In this document: in pieces, positions 1-15,068 of the stretch | How positions within the stretch are numbered: position 1 is the first letter of the stretch | Layout: each line of letters opens with the position of its first letter | Assembly: GCF_009914755.1 (NCBI RefSeq) | Contig: NC_060932.1 | From: the human T2T-CHM13v2.0 reference genome, Homo sapiens | Direction: 5' to 3' (one strand) | DNA length: 64,000 bases | Program-made: the position numbers and the translations under genes | Notes under the pieces: generated by a model | What the model was told of the DNA's origin: nothing | Databases searched by the model: none | The model's input: only the letters and a program-made list of their open reading frames with translations

Positions 1-1803
1 ATGTGCCCTGGGGATCCAGTCCGGAGTGACTGACACCAGCCCTGAGGATGTGGTTCATCCTCCCACACCTGCTAACACAGCCCTCTGAGGTTTACACAGG
101 GCTGCTGAAGATTTTTATCTCCTCTTCACTTTACAGGCAGGAGCTGGGGCCACACCAGTGTCACAGAGCTGGAGGGGAAGCACAGCAGGGCCCAGCTGTT
201 CCCAGCCTCCAATCTCAGGAGTCCTTGAGAGCCTCAGAGTCCGAGATTCTGGGCCGTTGGATCTTTTCGATTCCTACTTTGATAAAGAGAAGGGCGGGGC
301 GGAAGCCTCTGTCACACAGATTGGAACAGTCCAACGCTGACAGAGCCAGGACCTGGGGTCAGGAACTGAGCTCAGCTCCAGGCTCATCTGATGTCCTCCT
401 GACAGCCTGAAGATGGAGACCTTATCTCCATTTACAGGCGTGGCAGGTGGCAGGGACTGGCCCCAGCTGACCACGGTTCTCCAAGTTCACAGCTGGGAAT
501 TCAGTCTTCCCTGCCACCCTCCCCTGCTGTCTCATCTGGATCCCCCGGTCATCTACTCCCACTACCAAAACTCCCGTATCCTTGAAAATTCCTAATACCA
601 TTAAGGAATGAAAGTACATAACAATGTGATGAATCACCTTTTACTTCCTAGACTAGCAACGAATGAAAGCTAAGTGTAACAAGGGTGTAGGGATACAGGC
701 ACATGTGTGAACTAGGTGTGAGTGTAAGCTGAGTTCAATGGTCTTTTGGAAGAAAATTCGTAAACATCTAAAGAAACTTCTGAAATGATTTATCCCACGG
801 AAGTAGAAGTAAAATTCTACTTCTAAGGAGTTGCCCAATAAGCTGGTGCGCATGGACATGTGGACACACGATACATACAAGGGTATTTAGTACAATGCTG
901 TTGGAATTAGCAAAGGCAAATTTGCTTTGGGTTATATCCCATCGGGATGGGATATAACCAGCTGCCTCTAGATGGCAACAGTGAATTAACCTGTGGCTTA
1001 CCCATGTAGTAAAATACAATACCCTTGTTTAAAAGAAAATCAATCTGAATGTACTGCCATAAAACATCTAATGTGATTTGTGCTAGCTCCAAAATTTTAA
1101 AAAGCAACTGTGCATTGAAATGCATTTAATAAGGCAAGATTGATGGAGGGATCAAAGCCTCCTTTGGGACGCATAGAGTTCACATTCCCAAAACTGTGAA
1201 ATTCAGGTTGCTGGTCTTGTCTACACAGGTCATCCACACATTCTCTCTTCAGGGCCACTGTCCTGACACAGCCATTCTTCTAGCTGCCTCAGGTAGGTCC
1301 ACCCACTATAAACTATTGTAGAAGTCAGTTGTGTAATTTTTGAGAGGTGAAAATGTCACTGCTGTTCTGAATTTAGTATTACTTCGTTGAAAGAAAACAT
1401 GGAGACTCTCATGGTTCATGTAATCTTGTTTTATCCTCCCCGTTTTGTTTTTTGGTATTACGTAAGAAACCTTAGAAAGCACTGTTGGCAGAAACGTCAG
1501 TCACTCAGAAAAAGTCCTGGCAGTCTGCACATCTTATTTTTATGTCCTTCTTGTGCACCCCACTACCAATCTCAGTTTCCAAACCCAACTCACAACGAGA
1601 ACTTTACATCTTTTATGCCTAAGGAAGGGGCCATCCCGCGGTCCTGCCTATGGGATACAGAGGGGACACACGGGTGGCAGTGGAAGACACTGACTGCAAG
1701 CACCTTGGTTAACCGCTTCCTGCCACTTTCAGGGTTCTATAGGAAATGAAAGTTACAAAAAACAGCGTTGGAAAGCTTTTTCACAGGCTGTTTGTTAAAC
1801 TGA

Positions 1804-2332
<529 letters not shown>

Positions 2333-2346
2333 TGGGTTAACGTTAT

Positions 2347-2373
2347 GAACGAACGAACGAACGAACGAACGAA
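2347..2373. repeat. (GAAC)6 microsatellite
   Basis: Read directly from the sequence. Confidence 0.95.
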
Positions 2374-2586
2374 AGAGGCAACCGCTCTGTGGCTTCCTGA
2401 GGTTCACTCCGGGGTTTCCATCTTGACTCCCTCCCTCCGCTGATTCTGGAACTTCCTCTGGGGCAGCTCAGTGCGGTCCTCGCCGCACGGGACAGCCAGG
2501 GGGAGCGCGCGCTCTGCTCCCTCGCGGCCCGGTCGCTCCTGCCCAGCCCGGGCACCCCACTCTTCCCCTGACTCCGACGGCGGGTT

Positions 2587-2606
2587 CGTCCTGCCCAGAC
2601 ATGCCC
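2587..2606 (-). promoter_or_regulatory. Intron-1 p53 response element of TNFRSF10D
   Basis: GGGCATGTCT GGGCAGGACG: one perfect and one degenerate RRRCWWGYYY half-site, ~110 bp into intron 1. Intronic p53 sites are established for the TRAIL receptor genes. Confidence 0.8.
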
Positions 2607-2715
2607 GGCCGCAGGCGACCCGGGCCAAGCATCCCCACCGTGTCCCCCTCTCTCCCTGCCCACTCCCGGCGCCAGGTGCGCTCTTCCCCAGCCAGGGACC
2701 GCGGCGGAGACTCAC

Positions 2716-2865
2716 CGGCAGCAGAACCGCGACGATGAAGACGACGAACTTAAGGATCTTGGGGTCCAGGAGCCATGGTCTGGTTCCCGACGCTGTCCTG
2801 GCTCCTGGATAGCGCCCTGCTCGAGCGCTCGAGGCGGTCGGGACGCTTTGTCCCCAAAGTCCCAT
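2716..2865 (-). CDS. TNFRSF10D: TNFRSF10D (DcR2/TRAIL-R4) coding exon 1; the gene continues beyond the left edge of the window
   Basis: ATG at 2865 gives MGLWGQSVPTASSARAGRYPGARTASGTRPWLLDPKILKFVVFIVAVLLP (50 codons), followed by a GTGAG donor at 2715. This is the recognised TRAIL-R4 N-terminus. Confidence 0.96.
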
Positions 2866-2982
2866 GAGAAGGGAGGAGGGTGGATCGAAAGCGCCAAAAA
2901 TCAATCAGAAATCGTCCCCGTAGTTTGTGCGCGTGCAAAGGTTCTCGCAGCTACACTGCCAGAATAGAACGTGCTCCTCCGC

Positions 2983-2989
2983 TTTTATA
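2983..2989 (-). promoter_or_regulatory. TATA box (TATAAAA) of TNFRSF10D
   Basis: Canonical TATAAAA on the minus strand ~120 bp upstream of the ATG, implying a TSS near 2955-2960. Confidence 0.6.
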
Positions 2990-4101
2990 CCCCGGAAAAA
3001 AGGCGTGGTCAGTTGTACTCCCTTCCCGCAGTCACTTCCAGGCACTCAGGCTGGGTCTCCCCCAGCACCTCCAGGAGGGCCCAGGTTGTGTGGGTGGGTG
3101 CATGGACGGACAGGAACTGGCTCTTTCCGGCAGCGGTGACCCAGGGCCTGCGGTTTGATTCCGGGTCCTGTCCAGGCTGTAGGCAGCAGAAGGGGAAGGA
3201 GCTGAGGCGCTGCCCGCTGCGCTGCTGTAGTCTGGGTAGTGAGCTCCAGAGGAGGCACTGGAGGCCCATCCTGAGCCTGCTCCCTCCCCGGGCCGCCTGT
3301 CTCTCCTCTTCTTAAACCCTGAACTACTTCCTGGCCTCAGGACTTCAGTCCACTCTTAGCTTCTGCTCCCACTCCCTCCTCCCACAGCGGCCTCACTGAC
3401 CAGTGCACTGATGCCACTGATGTCTCCAGCCTCCTTGCTGCTGTGACCCAGCTCCAAGCTTCTCTGGCAGGGGCTTGGTATCCCTCAGTAGCGGGTGCCT
3501 GGCACCAAGGAGGGGCCCAGTGAACACATGAGTGGACAGAATGAAGGACACAGAGGCCATGACAGGCACCTGCAGAGGCTGAGGAGTAGGTAGGAGGGAG
3601 AGGAACGCCGGGGGCATCCCTAGCCACAACCTGGCACCCTTTGCATGGTCAAAGCACAAACACTCCCTGACCAACCTTGAGGGCTCTAGTATTGAGGCCC
3701 CATGGAGACAGGGGAATCAGGGGAGTGCCTTCCAAAGTCTGTCCCCAAGTCTATTGTCTACCCAGGTCCAACTGTCTGACCTTGGGCTACTTACCTCCCC
3801 ATCCAGTTGAACACACTGCCGCTGTGAGGGCAGACCCAATGTGTGGTTTTGAAGGGTGCCAGCTTGTGACCCTAAGCAGTAAGGTCAATGGCAGGACTCC
3901 TAGACCCTTGGGATGAGTCGGCTCCTGACCCCTCACATGGTAGATAGAAGAGGATAGCGCTATAGAAATGAAGGTTTTTTGGCTCATGAGAAACCTGGGA
4001 ATAAAATGTCATCCTCTCCACAGGCTTGGATTTGAGTGATGGATCACCCTGAGCACCTTCCAGGGCCCAGACAATGACCTAGGGTCAGAAATGTGAGCCA
4101 G

Positions 4102-4403
4102 GGCCGGGCGCGGTTGCTCACGCTTGTAGTCCCAGCACTTTGAGAGGCTGAGGTGGGCGAATCAAGAGGTCAGGAGTTCGAGACCAGCCTGGCCAACATA
4201 GTTAAACCCCATCTCTACTAAAAATACAAAAATTAGCTGGGCGTGGTGGCGGGCACTTGTAATCCCAGCTACTCAGGAAGCTGAGGCAGGAGAATTGCTT
4301 GAACCCAGGAAATGGAGGTTGCAGTGAGCCGAGATTTGTGCCACTGCACTCCAGTCTGGGTGACAGAGCGAGACTCTGTGAAAAAAAAAAAAAAGAAAAA
4401 AAA
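4102..4403 (+). mobile_element. AluS
   Basis: Alu consensus; TSD AAATGTG(A/T)GCCAG. Confidence 0.93.
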
Positions 4404-4740
4404 ATGTGTGCCAGGTCCCAGGCACTGAGCTAGGGTCAGAAATGTGCGCCAGGTTCCAGGCACTGAGCTAGACTCAGAAATGTGTGTCAGGCCCCAGGCA
4501 CTGAGCTAGGGTCAGAAATGTGTGTCAGGCCCCAGGCACTGAGCTAGGGTCAGAAATGTGCGCCAGGTTCCAGGCACTGAGCTAGGGTCAGAAATGTGTG
4601 CCAGGTTCCAGGCACTGAGCTAGACTCAGAAATGTGTGTCAGGCCCCAGGCACTGAGCTAGGGTCAGAAATGTGTGCCAGGCCCCAGGCACTGAGCTAGG
4701 GTCAGAAATGTGTGCCAGGACCCAGGCAATGAGAAATGTG
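4403..4740. repeat. 38-bp minisatellite, ~9 copies
   Basis: Unit AAATGTGTGCCAGGCCCCAGGCACTGAGCTAGGGTCAG. GCACTGAGC recurs at 4422, 4460, 4498, 4536, 4574, 4612, 4650 and 4688. Confidence 0.95.
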
Positions 4741-5120
4741 TGGGGTCAGGAATGTGTGCGGGGTGCAGATCCAGGCAGGAGGTGAAAGGTCAGGGACTTC
4801 AGGAAGACTGACAGCATTAACACAGAGCCACCAGGGCCTGCAGGAAAGTCCTTAGAGCACCTTAGCTCCCTTGGCCCTGGAGGGTGGACCACACAGTATA
4901 GACCAGAAACCAGACTGCAGGTAACAACGCATTCTCTGTGCCCTGTGTGGAGCACTGACTAGGGCTAATGGCAAAAGGCTGTGAGCACCTCCAAGGAACT
5001 GGGCCTTTAGAGTCAAGTTTCCATTTAAGAGGCACTTACTAGCTTGAGATGGAACACTAACTGAAGTCTCCCCTGTCACTGAAGGACATAAAATAATCTT
5101 GAAACCTGAAAAACTGATGA

Positions 5121-5477
<357 letters not shown>

Positions 5478-5885
5478 TAAAAAATGGAAATGGTTGATAT
5501 GGGATCCTGGTGCCTGAGGAAGGCAAAGAGGAGACACTCATGAGCAGGGAGCCTCTGTTCCCCTCAGACTGAGTCTGGAACTGGGTGAGGAGCTGCTGGA
5601 TTCTGTGGTCACTTGGACATTGCCCTATACACAGCTCTTTACTTACTGACCAAGAGCTACTTAGTTTGTAGACAGTCATTCCTAGATGAATGGACAACAT
5701 CCTACTTGGAAGGCCACCCCTCTGATGGAAGAAGGCAAAGGCAAATTGGCTAGGTGGGTTGGATTGCATGCTATTTTCCTAGCCTTATGGAAGATTTGAA
5801 CAGCAGCAAAAGCCCCTGTACTTGAGTTTTTTTCTGGCTCATGGACAGTCGTCAATGTCCCGGTCATAGAGTTGGGAAGGAGAAT

Positions 5886-6615
<730 letters not shown>

Positions 6616-7476
6616 TCCATTGTTTCCAAGAGTAAGGGGAAACTGACCTAGTGTAGGGATGTCCATATGAGGCCCGACCCTATGGAAATCTCTAGGGGAG
6701 CTTGAGGAGTGCATTAAAGTAAGACACGCCCATGCTGGTCAGTAGAACCCACCCTCAGGTTTAGAAAGTGACTGTAATCAGCAAGAGATACCCCCGTGTA
6801 CTCCCTTGAGGTGGTCACCAGAGGCCACGAAGCAAAAGAAGTGGATATGGGGGAACCACAGTGACGCAGAGATGGGCTGAATCGAAACACATTCCTCTTG
6901 CTCTCTCTCAGGCACATGACACCAATAAGAGCTGTTCTGTCTAGCAGCGGGAGAGACAGAGACTGCCTATAGCTATGAGGCAGATTCCCTGATGAGGAGG
7001 CCCTCAACATACTTGGAAAGTGAGACTGAGGGCAGTGCCCTGGGGGGTACAGGTGAGTCTCGACAGCAACAGAAACTGACTGTGGATTGTCTTTTCCTTA
7101 CCTGGTGGAGGCTGCAAATGCCCAGAGTGCTATTAATATAAAAGAACTGAAAGAAGGTATTATTCTAGTTTGGACCACTAAACCGAACTTCCTTGGACCG
7201 AGAAACAGGCTGTTCAGTGCATAATGTTTAGCAATGGGCAGAGAGATATCCTCCTTAGAGTAATAATTTGATAGGGAAGCGGAACAGTCAACTGAAACAT
7301 TGATTGTCTAAAATGGGGGGAGACACAGGCATGAAGGGCTGGCTTCCACACCTTCACTGGTGTGTGCCCCTACTCCACACGAGTGGGCTAAAGGAGTGTC
7401 CCCACCAGACTTTCCTCCATTTTTCCAGTGGATCTGGGGATGAGGGGGTGGGGAGGATGCTAGTATAATGACTGTC

Positions 7477-7774
7477 ATTTTGTTGTTGTTGTTGGGTTTT
7501 TTTGAGACACAGTCTCACTCTGTCACCCAGGCTGTAGTGCAATGGCATGATCTCGGCTCACTGCAACCTCCGCCTCCCAGGTTCAAGTGATGCCTCCTGA
7601 GTACCTGGGACTACAGGCCCCCGCCACCATGCCCAGCTAATTTTTGTATTTTTAGCAGAGACAGGGTTTCACTATGTTCGTCAGGCTGGTCTCAAACTCC
7701 TGACCTCAGGTGATCTACCCACCTTGGCCTCCCATAAGTGCTGAGATTACAGGCATGAGCCACCGCGCCCGGCC
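7477..7774 (-). mobile_element. AluS
   Basis: Alu consensus; TSD AATGACTGTCATTTT. Confidence 0.9.
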
Positions 7775-8027
7775 AATGACTGTCATTTTTGTCTTTCTTC
7801 CCCGCATTACCTCAACTCTCCCCTCCTCCCCACCCACCACCTGGTGCAGTGGCCACAGGACCGGGGCTACAACTACAAGTGCTGGAAGCAGCGACGACTC
7901 CTAAGCCAGGAACTGAGACTATGTGTTTAGACTTTTCTGTCAATTTTCTTACAGACCTGATGGGTGTGGGTTGTGCTTTGCCCCACCTGGCAAAATAGAA
8001 GCTAACCGTATATGCAGCTACATTGCC

Positions 8028-8442
8028 TGATATGGTTTGGATGTGTGTCCCTCCAAATTTCATACTGAAACAGGATCTCATGTTGGAGATGGGCCTGGTG
8101 AAGGTGTTTTGGGTCATGGGGGAAGAACCCTCATGAATGGCTGTCTGCCTCCCCACAGTAGTGAATGAGTCCTTCCTCTATTAGTTCACTCGAGAGCTGG
8201 TTGCTTAAAGGAGTCTGGCACCTCTCACCTCTGTCTCTTGATCCCTGTCACCATGTGATGTGCTGGCTCCGCTTTGCCTTCTTCCATGATTGGAAGCTCC
8301 CTAAGGCCCTCACCAGAAGCTGAGCAGATGCAGGTGCCGTGCTTGTACAGCCTACAGGACTATGAGCCAAATAAACCTCTTTTCTTTATAAATTACCAAG
8401 CCTCACCTATTCCTTTATAGCAACGCAACATGGACTAATACA
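8028..8442 (+). mobile_element. MST-family MaLR LTR
   Basis: TGATATGGTTTGG...GGACTAATACA termini. Confidence 0.8.
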
Positions 8443-8845
8443 TTGCCTATTGGTAAAATAGCCCACTAGTTCTGCACCTATGTAACCCTGCCCTATATGA
8501 ATGGAAGTAGATTGAGGGGATACGCTTGCTGCATGAGTATTGCTGTCAGCAAGCTGGCCCATCACAATTCCTTTTAAAGTGGAAAACTTTGAATATAAGT
8601 GAAAAGAAGAAGGAGGAGGAGCTGAGAGTAAAATAATGAATAAATGGTTTATGTAATGGGGAAAATCTTGTATTACAGTAATACCAAGAAAGAGACGCAG
8701 AGGAAGAGAAGACATTGTCTCTTAGCTCAATTATCCCAGATGTCTGAGAGGGGGAAGCTCCATATTTGCTGAGACCTGTCCTGCTTTTGGAACCTGACAG
8801 GTGGAATGGAGGCCTAAAAACCTGAGTGGTCTCATCCTGGGATGC

Positions 8846-9149
<304 letters not shown>

Positions 9150-9287
9150 CTGGGAGACATTTGTATATGATATGATGCTGGAGTGGACTAATTATAAGTG
9201 ACTGAGGAGGACCTAGTAACCTACCAGTATCTTTTGAATTGTGTATCGTTTTGCTATGAGGGAATCCATGGCCAGAGATCAGACTGA

Positions 9288-9356
9288 TTTTGCTATGAGG
9301 GAGTCCATGGCCAGAGATCAGTCTGGTCTCTGGCCATGGACTCCCTCATAGCAAAA
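9288..9356. repeat. 69-bp near-perfect palindrome
   Basis: 9288-9317 is the exact reverse complement of 9327-9356. Confidence 0.93.
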
Positions 9357-9737
9357 GGATATGCAACTCAAAAGATCAAATATGTATTATTTTATTTGTG
9401 CCATATTTGATCTCTGCCCTGTTTCCTGCAACAAAGCTCTGAAAATCCTTGGAATCTCTCAAGTGATCAATGTGTTTTTTGTATGCCAGTGAAATGACTG
9501 ATGGCTGGAGGCTCTTGGACAGCCTCGGGGTGGGGGGAACCAGCCTGTGATCAGAGGGTTGAACCTTCAGCCCCTGCTGAAGTTTTGCTTGGGTTTTGCT
9601 TACCTGGTGGAAGCTGCAAATGCCCTCCCCCATCCCAGCTTCTGGTGAGAGAAGAGGGGCTGAATGTTGAGGTGATCACCAATGGCCAGTGATCACTCAT
9701 GCTTGAGCAATGAAGCCCCCAAAAAAGCCCAAAAAGA

Positions 9738-10272
<535 letters not shown>

Positions 10273-10952
10273 CTAGTGAATGATGAAACCTGAGATGCAG
10301 AACATGGGAATTGTCAGTTGGTGGCTCCCATGTCAGGTTCTAATTAGCCTAGTTGTGGGGGAACCAGGAGGTTTCACAATGACTCAATGGCCAATGAAAT
10401 TCTTATGAATTCACAGTTTATTGTGTGGCTTTTGCACATACACACTCATGCAAATATAGTCAACACACACAGGCGGTGATGAGACGGTGGGGAAGGGACC
10501 ACAGTGAGCATGTCAGGAGACCAGCACGCTGACTGACACACTGGCAGGTCCGGGTTTCCTCAGAACATGGACCAGGGTGGGGGTCGCTGCTCTTCTTCCA
10601 TAGCCCATGGGAAAGAGGCCTCAGAGTTCTTGGGGGCAGAGCTGCAGCAGCTGCTTGGCTATGGTCAGAGTCTTTGCGGTTTTTATGGCCCTCTGCAGGC
10701 TTGTCTGTAGCCAAGATCTCAGCTGCCTTCTGGCTTCACTTGCTTGTCTGGTCTAGGGGGTGCCCGTCCACAGCAAATCCTCTTATCACCTCAGTCCACC
10801 ACACATACGCTTCTCACTCTGAGGGGTCAGCAATTTCAATGTGGGCTGATCCTCTGTCACAAGTGAATTTATTTTGAGACATTTAGGGTCACCAAACACT
10901 AATATATATCAGTAGCTAAGTCAGACAGAAGGCGTGGACGACTTGGGGACAC

Positions 10953-11309
10953 TGTATTAGTCTGTTTTCACACTGCTATAAAGAATGGTCCGAGCCTGAG
11001 TAACTTATAAAGGAAAGTAGTTTAATTGACTCACAGTTCCACATGGCTGGAGAGGCCTCAGGAAACTTACAGTCATGGCGGAGGACGATGGGGAAGCAGG
11101 CACCTTCTTCACAAGGCGGCAGAAGGGAGAGTGAATGAGGAATTGCCAAAGCCTTATAAAACCATCAGAAGTTGCGAGAACTATCATGAGAACAGCATGA
11201 GGAAACCAACCCCACGATCCAGACATCTCCCACCACGTTCCCCCCTTGACATGTGGGGATTACAATTTGAGATGAGATTTGGGTGAGGACACACAGCCAA
11301 ACCATATCA
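10953..11309 (-). mobile_element. THE1/MST MaLR LTR
   Basis: TGTATTAGTC...CCAAACCATATCA termini. Confidence 0.8.
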
Positions 11310-11417
11310 GACCACCTGCTTGTGATTTGCACCTGAAGTGGGGGGAGTCTGTGGCACTGAGTCCTTGCCCTGTGGGGTCGGCACTACCTCCGATTTGTGT
11401 CAGAAGTGAATTGAATT

Positions 11418-11721
<304 letters not shown>

Positions 11722-11827
11722 TTATGGGGCACTCATCTGAGGTGGGAAAAGTGGTCAGGGTGGGAAAAATCCACACATCGGTTCCCAGAAGTATCTCGAA
11801 CTATGAATATATTGATCAGTGTAATTT

Positions 11828-13247
11828 TGTGTCCGGAATTGGTGGGTTCTTGGTCTCACTGACTTCAAGAATGAAGCCGCAGACCCTCGCGGTGAGTGTT
11901 ACATCTCTCAAGGTGGCACGTCTGGAGTCTGCCCCTTTTGATGTTCAGATGTGTTAGGAGTTTCTTCTTTCTGGTGGGTTTGTGGTCTCGCTGGCTCAGG
12001 AGTGAAGCTGCAGACCTTCGCGGTGAGTGTTACAGCTCTTAAGGCAGCGCGTCTGGAGTTGTTCATTCCTCCTGGTGGGCTCGTGGTCTCGCTGGGCTCA
12101 GGAGTGAAACTGCAGATTTTCGCGGTGAGTGTTACAGCTCATAAAAGCAGCATGGACCCAAAGAGTGAGCAGTAGCAAGATTTATTGCAAAGAGCAAAAG
12201 AACAAAGCTTCCACAGTGTAGAAGGGGACGCCAGGGGGTTACCAATGCTGGCTCGGGCAGCCTGCTTTTATTCTCTTATCTGGCCCCACCCACATCCTGC
12301 TGATTGGTAGACCCGAGTGGCCTGTTTTGTCAGGGCGCTGATTGGTGCATTTACAATCCCTGAGCTAGATACAAAGGTTCTCCACGTCCCCATCAGATTA
12401 GTTAGATACACAGTTTTGACACACAGATCCTCTAAGGCCCCACCAGAGCAGCTAGATACAGAGTGTCGATTGGTGCACTCACAAACCCTGAGCTAGACAC
12501 AGGGTGCTGATTGGTGTGTTTACAAACCTTGAGCTAGATACAGAGTGCCGATTGGTGTATTTACAATCCCTGAGCTAGACATAAAGACTCTCCACGTCCC
12601 CACCAGACTCAGGAGCCCAGCTGGCTTCACCTAGTGGATCCCGCACTGGGGCTGCAGGTGGAGCTGCCCGCCAGTCCCGTGCCGTGTGCTCACACTCCTC
12701 AGACCTTGGGTGGTCCATGGGATTGGGGCGCCATGGAGCAGGGGGAGGTGCTCGTCGGGGAGGCTTGGGCCGCACAGGAACCCATGGAGTGGGTGGGAGG
12801 CCTCAGGCATGGCGGGCTGCAGGTCCCGAGCCCTGCGCCGCAGGAAGGCAGCTAAGGCTCGGTGAGAAATCGAGCACAGGGCCAGTGGGCTGGCACTGCT
12901 GGGGGACCCAGTACACCCTCCGCAGCTGCTGGCCCGGGGGGCTAAGTCCCTCATTTCCCGGGGCCAGCAGGGCTGGCCGACTGCTCCGAGTGCGGGCCCG
13001 CCAAGCCCACGCCCACCCGGAACTCCAGCTGGCCCGCAAGCGCGCACGCAGCCCCGATTCCCGCTCGCGCCTCTCCCTCCACACCTCCCTGCAAGCTGAG
13101 GGAGTGGGCTCCAGCCTTGGCCAGCCCAGAAAGGGGCTCCCACAGTGCAGTGGGGGGGCTGAAGGGCTCCTCAAATGCCGCCAAAGTGGGAGCCCTGCCG
13201 AGAGCAAGGGAGGGCTCTGAGGACTGCCAGCATGCTGTCACCTCTCA
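11828..13247 (-). mobile_element. Solo LTR12C (ERV9 LTR)
   Basis: Minus strand starts TGAGAGGTGACAGCATGCTGG and ends CCAATTCCGGACACA. Tandem CCAAT subrepeats at 12300-12560. ATTT target-site duplication on both sides. Confidence 0.92.
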
Positions 13248-13256
13248 ATTTCTTAA

Positions 13257-13555
<299 letters not shown>

Positions 13556-15032
13556 AATTTCTTAATATTTTCTTAGCTAGAACTTTGCCTTTTTGTCTGA
13601 GCCTATAGCACTCAGGGTTTTGGGTAGTAGGGCTGGTACCTCATGTTTCTTAGATCTGTTAATGAGTGGGACCAGTGCCTGCGCTCAGGTGGTCAGGCCA
13701 ACATCAGATGGGTCCCTGGCAGAATATTTTTTCCTAACATATTCCTCTACTGGTTTCCAGGGGTCAGTAGATGTCAATATGGGTTGTGGTGGTATAATTT
13801 CTTTAAATTTTTCGTGAAGGCCTCGAAACAAATTAAATATAATCTTTAAAATTTTGTTTTATCATATACAGGGTGTTTATGCTAAATCTTCATTCAGAAA
13901 TCTAATGATTGTTGAGAGACCAGATTCCTGAAACAGGCAATCCAGACTCCAATATGTAGTGCTAAGGCTCTGATTCAGGGACCACTAGAAGAGAGAGGGT
14001 CCAGCTAGTCTCACGTTAGCAAACACTTAATGTCACTCACACTCCCCGTTCACTCTTCCTCCTCCAGGCCAGGGCCTCTCTCCCCTGAGCCCACATGGGG
14101 CCTGTGGTAAGCAGTTTCTGAAATGGCCCCAGTGTTCCTCTCTCTTGGTATTCATGGCTGGGACGTAATAAGAAACATCTGTTTTTTTCTCTGCTCCTGG
14201 TTTTGGGGCCAAAGCTTCAAAACACTGATGTTTCCTGAGCAATTGTGGTGAGAGGGGCTTTATTTATTTTAATCATAAAACGACTTCCAGCATTCCTGAG
14301 TTGATGCTCATGAGGTGGCTCTTGGAGGAGAGGGTCCGGCCGCCAGTGATCAGAGCAATGGAACTTTCAACACTAGCACATCCCTCAGCTCAGAGCAGGG
14401 AGATGACTGAGGATTAATCACCATAGATTAATGATTGACGCCTTCGTGCTATGGAATGAACCTGCCATAAACACCATAAACCACAAGGTTCAGAGGAAGG
14501 AATAATCAGTCGCTCACTGGGGTTGGACAGATGAGAGTAACACAGAAAAATTAAGGGCAACATCACACTTTCTATATCAAAAGTAATGTCCATGGACTTT
14601 ACATCACTATATGCTACAAATCTAATGATTTAATAAAATCTCCTTAAGAAATTAGAGAAGTTCATTTTATTTTATGTTGGGCAATGGACTTTCTAAGTTT
14701 ATGACCAAGAAAAAAATAAGTGTACCTATAGATTTAGCTACTTAAAATTTAAAATTTCAGTACGTTAAAATCTAAGACAAAAAGAATAGGCAAATTTAAA
14801 AAACCAGAAATCTGTTATTAGTATTTGGGAAGCATGAAGCCTGTCTTTCTAGACAAAACAAATCCTAAAAAATGAATTTGAACAAAGAAATTTAAAGTAC
14901 TGACCAATATATGAAACATATATCAGAGAAATGTCATCAAAGTCAACTAATTCTTTCCTAGTTAGGAAAAATGAAATCCAAAGAACAGTGATGTCAGATC
15001 TAAAGTGATGCACTGTTGGTAGGAATCACAGC

Positions 15033-15068
<36 letters not shown>

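Noticed and set aside
2866-2904. 13-codon N-terminal extension of TNFRSF10D shown in the ORF track
   Set aside because: It begins at a non-ATG codon; the first ATG is at 2865.
4403-4740. Regularly spaced repeats superficially like a CRISPR array
   Set aside because: The units are head-to-tail with no unique spacers, there are no cas genes, and the DNA is human; this is a minisatellite.
12575-13241. Several 66-178-aa ORFs on both strands
   Set aside because: All lie in the GC-rich U3 region of LTR12C.
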